Source: a virus (taxonomy: Duplodnaviria > Caudoviricetes). Taken from it: a stretch of 64,000 nucleotides of DNA. The stretch is taken from positions 32,001-96,000 of the IMG/VR virus record IMGVR_UViG_3300021431_000087; one strand, written 5' to 3'. This document shows positions 33,925 to 48,700 of this stretch, piece after piece. The first letter of the stretch is position 1. Each line of letters starts with the position of its first letter. A model generated the notes under the pieces. That model had not been told where the DNA came from. It saw only the letters and a program-made list of their open reading frames with translations, and did not search any database. The translations under genes were made by a program, and so were the position numbers.

Positions 33925-35974
33925 ACCTTTTCTTTTTAAGGTTTAATCTCTTCCTTTGTTATAAATTATTCTCCTTTCTCTTCGGGATTAAGTGTAAACT
34001 GTTCGCGGAACTTTTCTTCAAGCTTCGGGTACACCTTGCACATTTGGTCAAGATACCCCGCAGACGGTTTCTCTCCTTTGATAATTTTATCAAAGTCGTC
34101 TTTCCATTTCTCTGGGACACTGAACACATAGTAACCGTATGTGCCGTCAAACTCATCATCGTAAGTCTTTACAAAGTTCGGGTCTTTATAAAGTGTTTCC
34201 TCACCAAATCCACAGTTGCGGTTACCACCACCGACCCTTGTGAGGACAATAATCTGTCTGTCCTCGCCAACAAAGCAATCACGGAACCTCGGATAATCAT
34301 CAGGGTGTCTGCCAAGCATCGGCAGAATCAAAAACGTAGCGGGATTTACCCCGTTTAAAATATTGTATAAGCTCATACCTCTCTTTTTTAAAGGTTGTTA
34401 TTATAATTCGTTTACATCGACCCACTCAAATACCTCACACTCACGGAACTCGTTACCTCCGTAGAAGAAACGATGTGCGATGGTTTTGTCATCGAAATCA
34501 CCTACCCACAAGCACACCCAATGGTGTAACTTGTTATCAAGGCCACCGATACCACGTACAAGATACTCACCTGACGCCGCCGGCTTCTCATCGGGAAATT
34601 TCCTCCACCCCTTCTTGCCTTGCTTTACATCGGGCTTGGGCGCAAAGTTTGGGCATTTACCATACCATTTACCATACTTAAGCTCAAGAAGCTGGCTCTC
34701 AGCCTCTTCAATAAGGGTGTCCATAACCTTCCTGATAACCTCATTGTTGCCGATACCTGCCTTCGTGCCATTTCTGTAGAGAATATGTATCTCCCTTACC
34801 ATCTCACGGTGTGCCTTATAATCAGCAATCACCGACTGAAGCATTTCTTTCTTGCTCATCATATTTCTATATCTTTGGAACTGATAATATGTGTTTCAAC
34901 GTACTCCATCGTAAACTTGAAACCACGACGTTTCAACTCGGCCATAAGCTCACGTGGGGTAAAATCCTTTAAACGCAGGAAACGGGCATCGGTGGCATCC
35001 TTCTCCTTCAGCTTTGCAATCTTCTTGTCAAGCTTTGCCATGATCTGATGTTTCCTCGTACACTCCTTACATGTTTTAAGCCTCCCGAGCCGGGAACTGC
35101 GATACATACTTAATGGTAGCTCCTTGCCACAGCATTTACATACTTGCATCTCTTCCATTTCTTTCATATTCTTTTTTATGGTTAAGTGTTCTTTGAAAAG
35201 ATGGCTAACGATAACCATCTGCACCTTTATTATCATACTCTGCCCATTTGGGTTTGCATACGATACAAAAGTACAAATAATATGTTTTATAACAAAATAT
35301 ATTTTGTTTTGTTATCTAACTATGGCTTCTTTTAGCAATTTGCCTGAATAGCAGGCAGTTGCAAACTTTCTTATGGTAGTTTGAAGATACTATGCCTTTT
35401 CCCCCTTATTAATATAACGTTCAAGGATTTGCATTGCGAGGGCAATACTCAGTTTTTCTGCGCCTTCCCCTAAATCCTCTGTCCTTAATCTTACCATTTC
35501 GCCCTTTAACTTTTCCACGGCCTCCTGCATTTTTTCAACCGCAGTCTCTTCCGACAATAGGAGCAACGTAGCCGCAGCCGTCTTCAAATGCTTGTCATGT
35601 ATGCTGATAATAATATCCATGGTATTCAGTCTTTCGTCCTTTCCTCAAACTCCTTCACTAAGCGGTCATACTCACCCCGTACTTTCTTCTCTACGAAATC
35701 AAAGTTGGTGTCATAGGAGATGGAACGCACTCCCTTCTCGTTGGAATCATCCTCACCGCGACCATGAATATTAACGGTAACGGTGGCCTTATACCTCGGT
35801 TTTCCCTCCTCATCCTTATTCTCATTACTCTTCAGCCAGTCAAGGACACCGAGCATATCCTCACACTCCCCTATCTTTCCGATAAGAGCCTTATTTCCCT
35901 CATCTTTTCCGTATTTCCGGGCGCGTTTAAAATCATTGTAGTTCATATTCTCTAAATTATATGTTTGTTAATAA

Positions 35975-36388
35975 TTATCTGTAAATGCCTTTAAAAAGTT
36001 TCTCGTAAAGTTTCCCGCACATCACGTCACTGTTCTTTATCCGTATCGTCCTTACCCCTATGCTGCGGAAATCCGCATCCCGCCGTCTGTCGTGATCCTT
36101 CTTGAGCCTATGTACGGAACCGTCGATTTCCACGGCAATCATTCTCTCTGGGAAGAAGAAATCAAGGAAATAAGACCTTCCCCTTATCTTGAAATATGCC
36201 TGTCGCACGGGCTTATCATCGAACTGAGCAAGCATCCTCGCAGTCATCTTCTCAGGCAGCGTCACCCTGCGGAGCAAGGTTCTGCGTGTCTCGGTGACCC
36301 ATTTTCTTGCCGCAGGTGCAAGGCTTTCAATGCCGAGAACCTCCACTCCATCCAACCGTATCTTTTCCGTTGTATATATTTTTCTCAT
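35975..36388 (-). CDS. DUF559/Vsr-like PD-(D/E)xK endonuclease
   Basis: YFLDFF..AVEIDGSVH..DRRRDA..GVRTIRI. Confidence 0.8.
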   Translation of the reverse strand: MRKIYTTEKIRLDGVEVLGIESLAPAARKWVTETRRTLLRRVTLPEKMTARMLAQFDDKPVRQAYFKIRGRSYFLDFFFPERMIAVEIDGSVHRLKKDHDRRRDADFRSIGVRTIRIKNSDVMCGKLYEKLFKGIYR

Positions 36389-39300
36389 TCATCCACATCA
36401 AGAACTTTATACTGCAATCCCGTCAGACCTGAGCAAGTCTGCGTGCATCCTGCGCAGTATTCCTCGGCATCCTTCCTTTCATTGTAAGGATAGCCAGCCC
36501 ATCTCTTAAAGACGCCTCCTTCAAATGCACCTACCCTATACCGCATGAGTTTCCCTCCAATCCTTTAACACGGTCTCCGCCCTCTTAAAATCCATCATTA
36601 GCAAAGATTCCGCCATTCTATGTATCATTATCATTATATCCTCCTCCTTGAATTCCTTGTCACCGAGAGAATGGATTGTCTGCACGACGGCAATGATTCC
36701 CCCTGCAATTGCCATAAGACGTTTCGTATCATCCTCCGCCTCTACCTGCCGCTCAACGTCTATCAGTTCGATGTCCTCCCTTGTCATGGGAATAGGAGTG
36801 CCTTCCTCCGACATCCTATACGTCTTCACATCACATCCGTAGACTACCCTCAAGCTGTCTATCACTCCGATGCGGGACTGCGAAAGGATATCCTTACAGA
36901 GAGACCATATGTCATACGGCAGCGTCTCGGTCACTATGTCTCCTTCCCCCAACACTGAGTCCTTTATCCTTTGCAAGACCGAACTGTCAAAGTCCTCGGA
37001 GAAGTACTCCTCTGTGTCTATCTTCCATCGGTAAAGCCTTCCTACTACCTGATGCATCCAATACTCATAACGGCACATATTGCAGAATGCCATGTCCTGA
37101 AAATCCGCTATCTCTTCATTGCGGATAAAGGAGACGGGTGCGCAGACTTTCCTCAACGCCGCAAGCTTATCCATCGTCTTATTAAAGAAAACGGCAAGCG
37201 GTGACACGTCATCTATCTTATCGAAATATTCCAGTTTCATTCTATGGTATCGAATATTGTTTCTTGTCTATCCATGAATTCACTCCTTATCTCCCCCAAC
37301 GTAGCCTTCCTATACATTCGCTTTGCCGTCGCCGCATCTTCCGCACTCACGTCTTCCTCCATCAGCCTGTTTAGGGCATACATAAGATACTCACGTTTCT
37401 TTATCCTTCCATCTCCCTTGCCTACATTCAAAAGGTTTGAACTCATCCTCCATCTCTTGCATACATATGACGGAGGAACCATTCCCTCTCCCAAAAGGCA
37501 TATCCTGTTTTTATTGTCGAAGCGCTTATGCTCACAGGAGGCGCAGCATTTCTTTATAGGAATACCCATATTGTTATTCTCGTAAGGTTTCATTTTTTCT
37601 CTTTTTTATTTCTATACCCTCATCATTTTCTTTCTTGCAAGTCCATCACAGGTCACATTCGTATCAATCCCACGGGTCAGTCCTTATTGATTACATTCAT
37701 GTCTATATATGTTCCACCTGCAAAGATGGTATAAACAATCCTTCCGTTCGGTTTATCGCCCTGTTTCGATTTCTCATAAGGTCGTCGGTACTCAGGCCGC
37801 TCACACTCAGTCAGCCGCTGCGCAAGCTCATCTGCGGAAGTGTGGCTCTCCACCCATGGCATTGCCATCAGGTCAAGGTCGTGGACGGCAGAACCGTGAA
37901 TGGCTATTGCCCATCCACACTCTGCCGCCACCTTGCGATACTCCGGGAAGCGGAATATCCAGAAGATAGCATTATTGTCCTTCAGTTTCTCCAAGTCAAA
38001 CATACGTCAGTCATCCTTTTTCATTAGTTGGGCAATAAGGGCATTGGCCTACCCCGCAGCTTCACATAGTTCGTTGTACTTACTTACGGCTTTTAGATAA
38101 TCATTCAAATCTGCATAATCTTCCATTCGCGGTAGTTCTGGTTTATATTTCGGCTTGTTAAGACCCTTTACCCAGTAACAATTCAATTTCCACCAAGTGA
38201 AGTCAAAGTAAAAGTAAAGGTTGTGTTTTACCTTACGGACGGAAAGATGTGGGAGTTTTCCAAATCCGTCATGACGTACCCAGTTAATCCACATCCAACT
38301 ATCACTCTTCTTGAAATGATGATGATACAAACTCATTGTCAGTCCTCCATTTCTTTCTCAAAAGCTCGCACAATGGTAGCAATGTTCGCTTTCGATGTTT
38401 CATACTGTTCCATCACCTTTCGTAGTTTTTCAACTGCAAGATTTTTTGTTTCCTTGATGGCATCGTCTCGGTAGTACTTAAGAGCACCGTGGGGCATTAC
38501 TTCGGTTATGTCGATTTTCTTTACTAATCCACGTACGAACTTAAACCCGTTATCACGAAGAGCCTTGTTGTAGCCGCTCATAAAAGCGAAGCCGATTTCA
38601 CAAAACACTTTTGTCAACTCTCCCATCCACTTTGTGTCCCACCCATTCATCCTGCAAACATACTCGGAGTAAACGTCAGTAACTTCTTTCAAGTCCATCA
38701 TCTCGTCTATGTGAGCAGTGCGGTCTTCTATCTCGGATTCCAACTGCTTGACGGTTCTCTTTCGCATTTGTTGGACTTTCCATTCTTTGAGACTTTTGAT
38801 AAATACCATATCAATCCTCATTGAAGTTAAAGTCACCCTTGATGATTTCTTCCACGTCGTCAGCGGTGAAGTTGAAACCGTCAATGTTTCCATCTTCGTC
38901 AATATACATGACGATGTAGTCACCCCACTCACCTATACAATCGGGAACGTAACTCTCGACCGAGACAATGATGTTCTCCAACGAATCAAGGAGCTGGTAA
39001 ACACCATCGTCGCAGACCTTGTAGTGAACTCGTGCCGTCGTTCCCTTCGGCCAGTCAACAATACAACCCCTCTCTACGTCGATAGTCGGTTGCCAACGCC
39101 AGTGATCGGAGTAGATATTTGACTCAGGCTCGTCTTTCACCTTGACGGCAAACGGCATACGTGGAACGGCATTACCTTTGCATTCGTACATATCCACGTC
39201 TGGTGTTCCGTCTATGTCAGAATCTTCCCAATAATGTACTCCTGCATCAACTTTGAGGTATCGCAAATCCACTTCCCTTGTCACCTTGATCTTCGTTTTC

Positions 39301-39630
39301 ATTTGCTTACTTTTTGATATTTAATAAAAATAGGAAACCTCGAAAGAGCACTACTTCTTTCTCGGTTTCCTCTACTTTATATATTAAAGTAAAAATTCAT
39401 TTTTAGTGCCAATGTAGTGCCCTTGAACACATTGCAAAAGTAATATTTTAATTCAAAAGAAATGCAATATATGCGTATTTTATTGTTGCTATTAAGCATT
39501 TTTAGCATATATTACTTTGAAAATAAATACTTTATTCGTACCTTTGTATCGCTTGGATGAAAAACATAGTTGTGAAACTATATGTCTAAAAAACGCATTT
39601 TAAATCACAGCCCACGGCGGTGGGCATTAT

Positions 39631-39729
39631 GGGTGGATCGGCAGCTCGCCACGGTGGCGGCTTAACTGAATTTTCAGAACAGGTAATATCGCGATTATTG
39701 AAACAAGGGTTCGACTCCTAATCCACCTA
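39631..39729 (+). ncRNA. atypical tRNA-like structured RNA
   Basis: GGGTGGAT/ATCCACCT terminal stem, GGTTCGACTCC T-loop, three internal hairpins; TACCTTTG promoter at 39539-39546. Confidence 0.5.
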
Positions 39730-39770
39730 CTACTGATAAAGTCAAAAAGGAATGTATAAATAGATATGAT

Positions 39771-42700
39771 ATGAAAGCAAGAAAAAAGGGTACTAATGAC
39801 CCATTTGAGGAAATTGACTGCCTGCAATTTAAAAATAGCTATGTGCTTTATAAGGCAGATATGATAGAGTTTGAGAATGAATCAAAAGGTAATAAACCAG
39901 ATGTTGAATATTGGGAACAATTAAGGCATCAATCAGCCATTGCTGCTATGCAAGGTATGTTGGCGAATCCAGAACTTTTAGATAAAATTAGCCTTGATTA
40001 TAGAATCACAATAGAAAGGGCAGCTGTTGGATACGCAAATGAGCTTGTAGAACAACTTAAAAAGAAAAAGGCATGATATATTTACTGATATTTTATTGGA
40101 TTTTTGCTGCATTATTTTGCTTTGGAGCAATTTACCGTATAGCAAAATCTAAAAGTAAAAGTATATTTGGTGCATTTGTTGGTTGCTTGATATTTGGAGG
40201 TATTCTCTTCCCAATGTATCTTGGTATAAGTTTAAATTTTGAACAGTATGAATAAAATATGCACATCGCTTGAGCAATCCAAGAAACTTATAGAGTTGGG
40301 GATTGATGTTAATACTGCTGATATGTACTATGATGTCAATAGTTACGGCATACAAGGCAAACCAGAAGTTGCAGTAGGAACAGTATGGGAAAAGGATATT
40401 CCTGCTTGGAGTCTTACTTCTTTGTTGGAATTAATGCCCGAAAGAATTAAAATCGGTGATGAACTTTCGTTTTGTCTTACTTCAAAAAAATCATCAACTG
40501 GATTTAGTTTTGGTTATAATTTAAATGGAAGTACATTTGTAAAAGATAATCCTATTGACGCTGCATTTGAAATGGTAGTTTGGTTGTTAGAAAATAAAAA
40601 GATATGAAGAGTTATACAGACATTGAACAAAGTAAGAAGTTAGCCGAGATACTGCCACTTGAAAGTGCAGATATGGCTTGGTGTAACAATTCTATAAGAG
40701 GAGTTAATTATACTGATGAATATTCTGCAAATCTTTACACAGTAAAAGAAATGCAAGAGTGTTTTGATAAAGCGCTAAACGGATGGGATAAGTATTGGAA
40801 ACTAATCCCATGTTGGTCACTTGCATCATTGCTTAGTGTTTTACCAAGTGTAATCACAAGGAAAGGGAAAAGAATGTTCCTTACTTTAGAAAAGGCGGGA
40901 GCATATAATCTTTATTACAAATCACCAGATAGACTTGATGAACTTTGGGAAACAAAAGAAGATGTAATTGATGCTTGCGTGACTATGATTGAGAATTTAC
41001 ATGAACTTAAAATGCTGTGACTATGGAAAAGAAAGAAGCAATGAAAATATTAAAGGATTTTCACGATAAGTCTGCACTGTTTTCAGTAAGAACAGCACTT
41101 GATGTCATTATCCCCGAACTTAAAGGGAACGAGGATGAGGATATAAAGAAAGCAATACTTGAACTTGTCAGACAATCATCAGAAGTTCTTGACAAGCAAA
41201 ATCAGAATAACATGATTGCCTGGCTTGAAAAGCAAGGTTATACTAAAAAAGATGTTGATGATGCTTACTTGAAAGGAATATGTCATACTAAACATGAACT
41301 TGAAAAGCAAGGTGAACAAGAGTCCGCTGATAAGCATGAACCAAAGTTTAAAAATGGGCAGTGGATAGTTTGGCAAAACAAATGCTATAAGGTCAACTAT
41401 AATGGGTGTGGCTATGGATTGATTGACCAAAACGGTTTAAGTACATCATTAGAATACGGAACTGTTGATACTTCTGCTCGTTTGTGGAATATTACCAAAG
41501 ATGCAAAGGACGGTGATGTACTTTATTCGCTTGACACTTATCAACCATTTATATACAAAGCAAGAAATATACACGAACAGGCTACTGCATATTGTGGTAT
41601 CAACAAGTATGGAAAATTCTTTGTATGGAATACCAACGATTGCATTATCACGCTTGACAAGTATATTCCAGCCACCAAAGAGCAGCGTGATACTCTGCTT
41701 AAAGCAATGGCTGATGCAGGATATACCTTTGACTTTGAAAGTAAAGAGTTGAAAAAGATTGAACATAAGTCTACTGATAGGCGCGAGCCAAAGTTCAAGG
41801 TTGGTGATTGGGTTACAAATGGTATCGAGACAGTACAAATTACTGGCTATGACATAGATTATGGGTATCAAGTGGATTACAAAGGCAAATTACAGCACCG
41901 TGATACTGATATTATTGAAAAAGAATATCATCTTTGGACCATCCAAGATGTAAAGCATGATGATGTGCTTGTTGTAAATTGGGATAATGGCTACAAATTG
42001 GATGATAAAAAGAAAGAGTTAAAGAAGCTTTCACAACGTATGATTTCAGCAGAAGCAAAGGAAGCACTATATGATAAACCAACTGACGAAGAAATGAAAG
42101 AGTTACTCAGAACAGAGTATGAAAAAGGCAGAGCTGATACTATTGCTAAAATGTATGTACCAACCCAAATATCACCAGAAGAAAGCCTTGGAGTATCATC
42201 AGAGAAATACATGGCTATTGTCGACACTTTTACGCAAGGTGGGCAAAAACCTGCTAAGTGGAGTTTAGAGGATGAAAGAGTCATTGCAATTATAAACAAT
42301 GCTCTTACAGAGAGTAATACACAACCTGATGATTATGATAAGGTTTATGATTGGTTGGAATCGCTTAAACAAAGAATAAAAAGTTATGAATGAAGAAAGA
42401 TATGATGAAATTAAAGAAGCAGCAAAAGAACGGGCAAATCAATATAGCCATCCAGTTCAATGGAATGATGTTTATAATGGATTTATAAGCGGAGCAAGAT
42501 GGGCGGATGAACATCCTGACGCTATAGATATGAATTATCTTCGTTGCTGGTACCAAGATTCTGTTGATGAAACTCAGGAACCTATATGGACTGATAAGCA
42601 TATCGAAGAGTTGTTTAATGATTTTTATTTAATTCCTAAAAGATAAAGTTATGACAGAAGAAATGAAAAAACTGGTAGCCGAAATGTACAATAATGGATG

Positions 42701-45700
42701 GAACCCTGAAGACATATCAGATGAATTAGGGCTTGATGAAACGGAAGTGATTAATTACTGTTGTGAATTACTTTGATATGGAAGCACCAGAGAAGATATA
42801 CTTAGATAATTACGGGTCTGGTTTTAGTCATGGATTTCATACTAACAAACTATATGATAATGATATTGAATATATCAGTACTGATGCCTTTATTGAGAAG
42901 GTTTGTGTGAAACTAAAGAAGTTAATGTATGATAACCTTATGTTTCAAGGCAGATTGCATCGTGAAGAAATTATTGACAACTTTGTTGAAGATTTCAAAA
43001 ATAGAATAAAAGGAGAATGAAGTTATGGAAGGTAAACAGAAAATTTATCACAATGTTCCAAAAAGAAAGGCAACTGGTACATTAAAGGAGATGATTGATG
43101 AAAGTAATAAACTCCTTGCGTTAGAGCGCAAAGCCTGCATCACTAAGACTATTGAATGGTTTTTCATACAACTCAATGATGGTGACATGGAGTGTAGGGA
43201 TATTGAAAAGTTTGTTGATAACTACATAAAGTACATGGAGGAATAAAATATGAATGAAGAAGATGTTAGGAAAGCAATGCAAGAAGGATTTGATAAAGTT
43301 AAACCTATTGTTGCTAATATGACAGGTGAATTAATGGATGCCTATCAACTTGGTTTTAAGACATGTTTTAAGTTATTAACTGGACAAGAATTTTGAGTTA
43401 TGACACAGTATATTGACAAATCCGTTGTAAAGGCAGAGATAGAGAGATGGCGAGATGGGATAAAGAAAGGTATCCTTTCTATTCCCTTAACAGGTAGCGA
43501 TAGAGCCTATGCTACATATGAGTATGAAATATTAGGGAAAGTAAGAGATTTTCTCGACACCCTTGACACCCTTGAAATGAAAGATGTGGACTTGGATGAA
43601 GAATTTGACAACTATACAAAAAACATTTTGGCTTGTGATATTCAATTTGAACCATTTACGCACTTGTATAATTGTGCAAAACATTTCTTTGAACTCGGAT
43701 TAAATGCAAATAAAGGAGAATAATAGAGTATGATTAGAGAAGCGTATGTTTCATTTGAAGTGGCTAAGCTACTTAAAGAAAAAGGATTTAGAGAACCTTG
43801 TACCGCTTTGAATCAACTTGTTATTAAAGACGGTGAAAAACCGTTTATGAAAGTAACGCATCAGAAAGCAATGGCATGGTTGAGAGAAGTGCATGATATC
43901 GAAACATGTGTTGAATATAGCATTCCTGATGATGCTTATAATTACACAATTATAGTAAAAGATGTTACTAATGGTTTTACTATCATCCATTCAGAGGGTA
44001 CTTATGAGTTTTATGAAAAGGCAACTGATGAATTATTAAAATATTGTCTTGAAAATTTGATTTAACATGGCACAGTATATAGACAAATCCGCTGTAGTGG
44101 CGGAGATAGAGAAACTGCAACTCTGCACAATGGATGAACACATGAATTTCTATTCGGCAGAGGCACAGGGAGAGTACAATGCTCTTTCTAAGTTAGAGTT
44201 TTTCCTCAACACCCTTGAAGTGAAAGAGGTTGATGAAATAATCAAAAACGCAGAAGACCATGCTTATTTTGCAGGAAGCGAAAATACAAGGGAAAAGTTG
44301 ATTGACAAGGCTTGCAAGTGGTGGGAAGTGGAACTAACATACCCATCAATGACGCCAGATGAAATCAAGCGGTATAAAAATAGAGTTAGAAAGTTCCGAA
44401 AAGATATGGAGGATAAATGATGGTATTTCAAGATTATAAGATTGAAGGCAATAAAATAACCTTCACAAAGGAAGAACTGCAAGAAGCTTATGAACATTTT
44501 TGCAAGGTTGCTGATAAATACAAACCTCAAAAGAACCGAGAATGGGATATGCGTTATGCCTATTATTTGGGTAAATGCACAATTCTGCGTGATATGCTTA
44601 AATTGTTTGAACCGATAGATTTCATTTGATTATGACTAATAGAAACTTAGAAGACATAAGGGCAAACACTGTCAATGAATGCTACTACTGCACTAAGGAT
44701 AGTAAGGATTGCTCTGTATGTGTATGGAGGAAATGAATTATGACAAGAGAAGATGCAAAAAGAATTCTTGCCTGTAGAGGCAATGGCTATTCAGAAGAAG
44801 ACTTCAATAATGCTCTTGAAGTAGTATTTAACAGTATTCCATCACTCCTATCTGATGTTAATGAAGCAGTAGATAAGTACACCGATAACCCTGCTAATTA
44901 TCTTGAATATAGCGATGATGGGTGGGAAGATAAAACAGATATAGACTATGTGGAACGTGCTTTTAAGGCAGGTGCTGAATGGAGACAAAGTAACCTATGG
45001 AAATCTGCTGATGGTGATGATGATCTTCCAGAGTTGGAAAGGGAGGTTGTAGTCTTTACCCAGAACTTCCCTAATGATGCCGGCATAATGAAAGTTGGTA
45101 TTGCTCATCGCCCTAACCCTAAAGGATGGAATGGCAGGAATATTTTAACAGGTGAGGTAGAACATTTTGTTCCTAAGACCTATGGTAAAGGTGGATGGTC
45201 TATGCCTGATGTTAAGATTTGGTTGGATGCACCACTACCATTTAAAGAAGGAGGTGAGGAATGAAAAAATTGATATTATTAGCACACAATAAATGGAAAC
45301 ATATTTAATAAATCTTATAATTATAGTGATAACGTTTGCATGCGGATTTTACTTTGGCTTTAGACAAGGTTGTAAGTTTGTGTGGAAAAAAATAATGAAC
45401 TACCTTAAAAGCATTGGAAAATCCGATATAGAGATTGGTAATATTTTTGTTGAATTAAGTAAAAGTAAATATGTATAAACAAGATTATAAACTCACAATC
45501 TCCTCAGACATCAACGGTGAATTTTATTGGCAGATGTTTAAAAAAGGAGAGCCAATACATCCAACAGCGGATGAAAAGCTATTAATGAAAGAAATGATTA
45601 ATAATGTAAAACATGGAATAGAAGTAGAAAAATTTTTAAAGACCACTAAGGAAGAAGAATCTAAAAAGGAAGATAAAATATGGAACGTAGATTATTTTTA

Positions 45701-48700
45701 ATTTTATTAACACTCACTGCCATTATGATGGTGGGGTGTGTGAATCAAGAAGATGTAGCCGCATCTATAGAAAAAGGAGATTTTGCAACTATTGAATATG
45801 ACAGTTGCGAATATCTACTTAGAATGGATGGTTATCAGGGGTTTCTTGCTCACAAAGGCAACTGCAAGTATTGCCAAGAAAGAATAAAGAAAATGATAAA
45901 GGAAGTGAAAGATGAATAAACGTGTATTTCCTTATAAAAAAGGAAAGATATATAAAGCACACCAAGAAGGAGAGACTTTTTTAATAAAAGTATTGAATTT
46001 TAATTATCCTTCTCATCGAAGAGGAATTAGGGACTATTTACAAATGTGTGTTGAAAGACTTGATACGCATTATATTTTTGATGTTAACAGACAAGGTTAT
46101 CAAACGCTTAATAAATATGGGAACTATGTTCCGGATTTAAAAGAAAAAATAATAATAGATTTAGAACCTTTAGATGATTTAAATTAAGGAGGTGAAGAAT
46201 GACATTAAGAAAAGATGAATACATGATTAAGGGTGACTCTATTATAATACCAAAGAAGACTCTGGAGAAACTGAGAAAACATTATGACAAAAAAGCTGAT
46301 GAATATGGCACTTTTTCTTTTACAATGCTTGGTTATGATGTTTCGCCTGTCTATTATACAGGTAAGACTGATATATTAACGGATCTGTTGAAACTTTTTG
46401 AACCATTGGAAGGATGAAAACATACACGATAGAACTTACGGAAAGACAAGTAAAGCTGTTGTCCTATACCTGCGACCGCATGGCACGACTTATACAAGGG
46501 CAGGATTGGACGTATCAGGAGCTTATGGAAGAGGCGTGGGAGAAGCGATGCAAGAAGGCGGTAGGCGGTCACGGCATGGATAAGGAATGGAACGGTGGAT
46601 GGTATGCCATGCGTCACGATGCGGAACGAATGAGTAAGGAAATAAAGAAACGTTTCTGGGGACTCGAAAGCAATGCACTGTACGGCATTCACTACGACGA
46701 CACGGCTGACATCCTATGGGATATACATCAATGCCTAAGACATCAGCTCTGGCTCGATAAGCCGGAAGGAGAGAAATCACATATAACAGTAGATAGCGAC
46801 ACCCCTATGATGGTGGGTAGTGAACCTTTAATAAATATAATGAGAAATGAATAATAGAAAAGAACTTATCGAACGATGGAAGACTATAGCCAATGCGGTC
46901 TTTGGGGCTGAGAATAACATCATAGCCGACTGGCGACCACGCCTTGAATCAGCAACTAAGGAAAACAGCAAAGAGATGGCAGATGCGTATCTCGAAGCAA
47001 TAGCAAAGGAGATAATTGATAACTCTAATTTGAAGTTTGAGGATGAAGAATAACGACCATATTTGTAAGGAGTGCCGACACGTCAGATACGACAATAGGC
47101 ACAATGTGAGTTGTTTGCCACCTGCGGCAGACTACCCTATGGAATTAGTGAGTGAGTATTTACCTGCGTGTTTTAGATTTGAGGAATGATGGCTACGACA
47201 ACAAGACCATGCTTTTCCAACGGCAGCGAGGCTGAGTGGTGGATGGATAGAAATTGTGATCATTGTATCAAGGCTTGGAGATTGAAAGACAACGGCGTAG
47301 ATTACACTAAGTCTCGCTGTAAAATACAAGACGAGATACTCACACAATGGATGGGGCGTGGTGATGAGTCAATAAATCAACGTACCTACGATGTGACGCA
47401 GAAGGCTGATTGTCCCTACAAGATGGAACATTACCCTAAGCGTAAACCTAAGAAAAAAGATAAGAATCAATTAGAATTAGGATTATGAAAGTTTTTATTT
47501 TAGTATTATGCGTGTTGTTGCTGTTCCTCCGTTACAGGGCATACCACATCTTCAAATCGAGGTGTATGGAACACACGAGTGAGTTTGGTTTTGTGCTCGG
47601 ATCGTTCTTCGGTGCAATAATAGACGGTGTTTGTTGGTATTGGATTTTTAGGATTATTGGATTATGAACAAAACGCATTACAGATTGGCATTAAAGACCA
47701 TCGGGAAAGGTCTGTGCATATTCTTTAAATCATGGGGAGTGACGCTGAACCGTCTGCTCCATGACATATTGCACGGCATCAGGCATCACTGGCTGTTTGC
47801 TGTTACTCTTGTTGCGATCTATGTGGTTATGTTCGTTGTAATGGCTCAAAGCAGGGCAATGTACCATCATTCCTGCATGGTAAACTACCAATTGAGCCAG
47901 TCACTTGATAGCATAAAAATATTAGTTGAGAAATGAGAATTGTAATAAATAAAACCGAAAGGGAATGTGAAATATTACCAGCACCACCTAATTCTTTTTA
48001 TATTGACGAATGTGCGTATGGATTCCCGCTATATGTAGCTATCGCACCTGCCGTAACGGAACATGAAAAGTGTTGCGGAAACATCGTTACATGTCCTATA
48101 TTTTGCCATAATAATGGATATGATAGCGCAACGCCAACGGCAATTCAGAATTACCTTACGCTCCAAATGTTTGAAGAATTGCTTCATGCCTACTACGAAG
48201 AGGGTTTTTGTTACGAACTTGCTGATGGAGCGAAAGACTTATTTCGTGATTTTGAAGGGCATGGTGTTAAGATGGATGAGAGAGTAAAACAATATGTAGA
48301 GGAATTAACGTCAAGGTAAAATGGCAAAATCCGACACTTTAGAAATGAAAACAGAAAGTGAAACTTACACCTACACCATTTGGGTGAAGGTGGATGAAAG
48401 ACCAGTAATCGAAAGGATAAAGGTATGATAGGAACATTTATAATCGGAATGCTAACTGGCATGTCGGTGGAGACACTTGCCATCATCGGCATTGTAGCAT
48501 ACTTTGCAAAGGGAAACAAAAATGAAGAAGTTTATAAGGACATATCAGATTCCACAGAGGATCACGATGGAGATATTTAACTTGCCCTGCGTTGTCGGGG
48601 TGGGGAAGATAGAGAATGAGCCAGTGTATGAACTTGCATACGGTGTGCATGACATCGACGGTGAAGATGTGTACTATGTACCATCGGGTCGCTGGCTTTG

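Larger units (their letters stand above)
28884..39302 (-). other. long run of small accessory hypothetical genes
   Basis: Abutting minus-strand ORFs of 70-240 aa, downstream of promoter boxes at 39435-39442 and 35266-35273. Confidence 0.7.
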
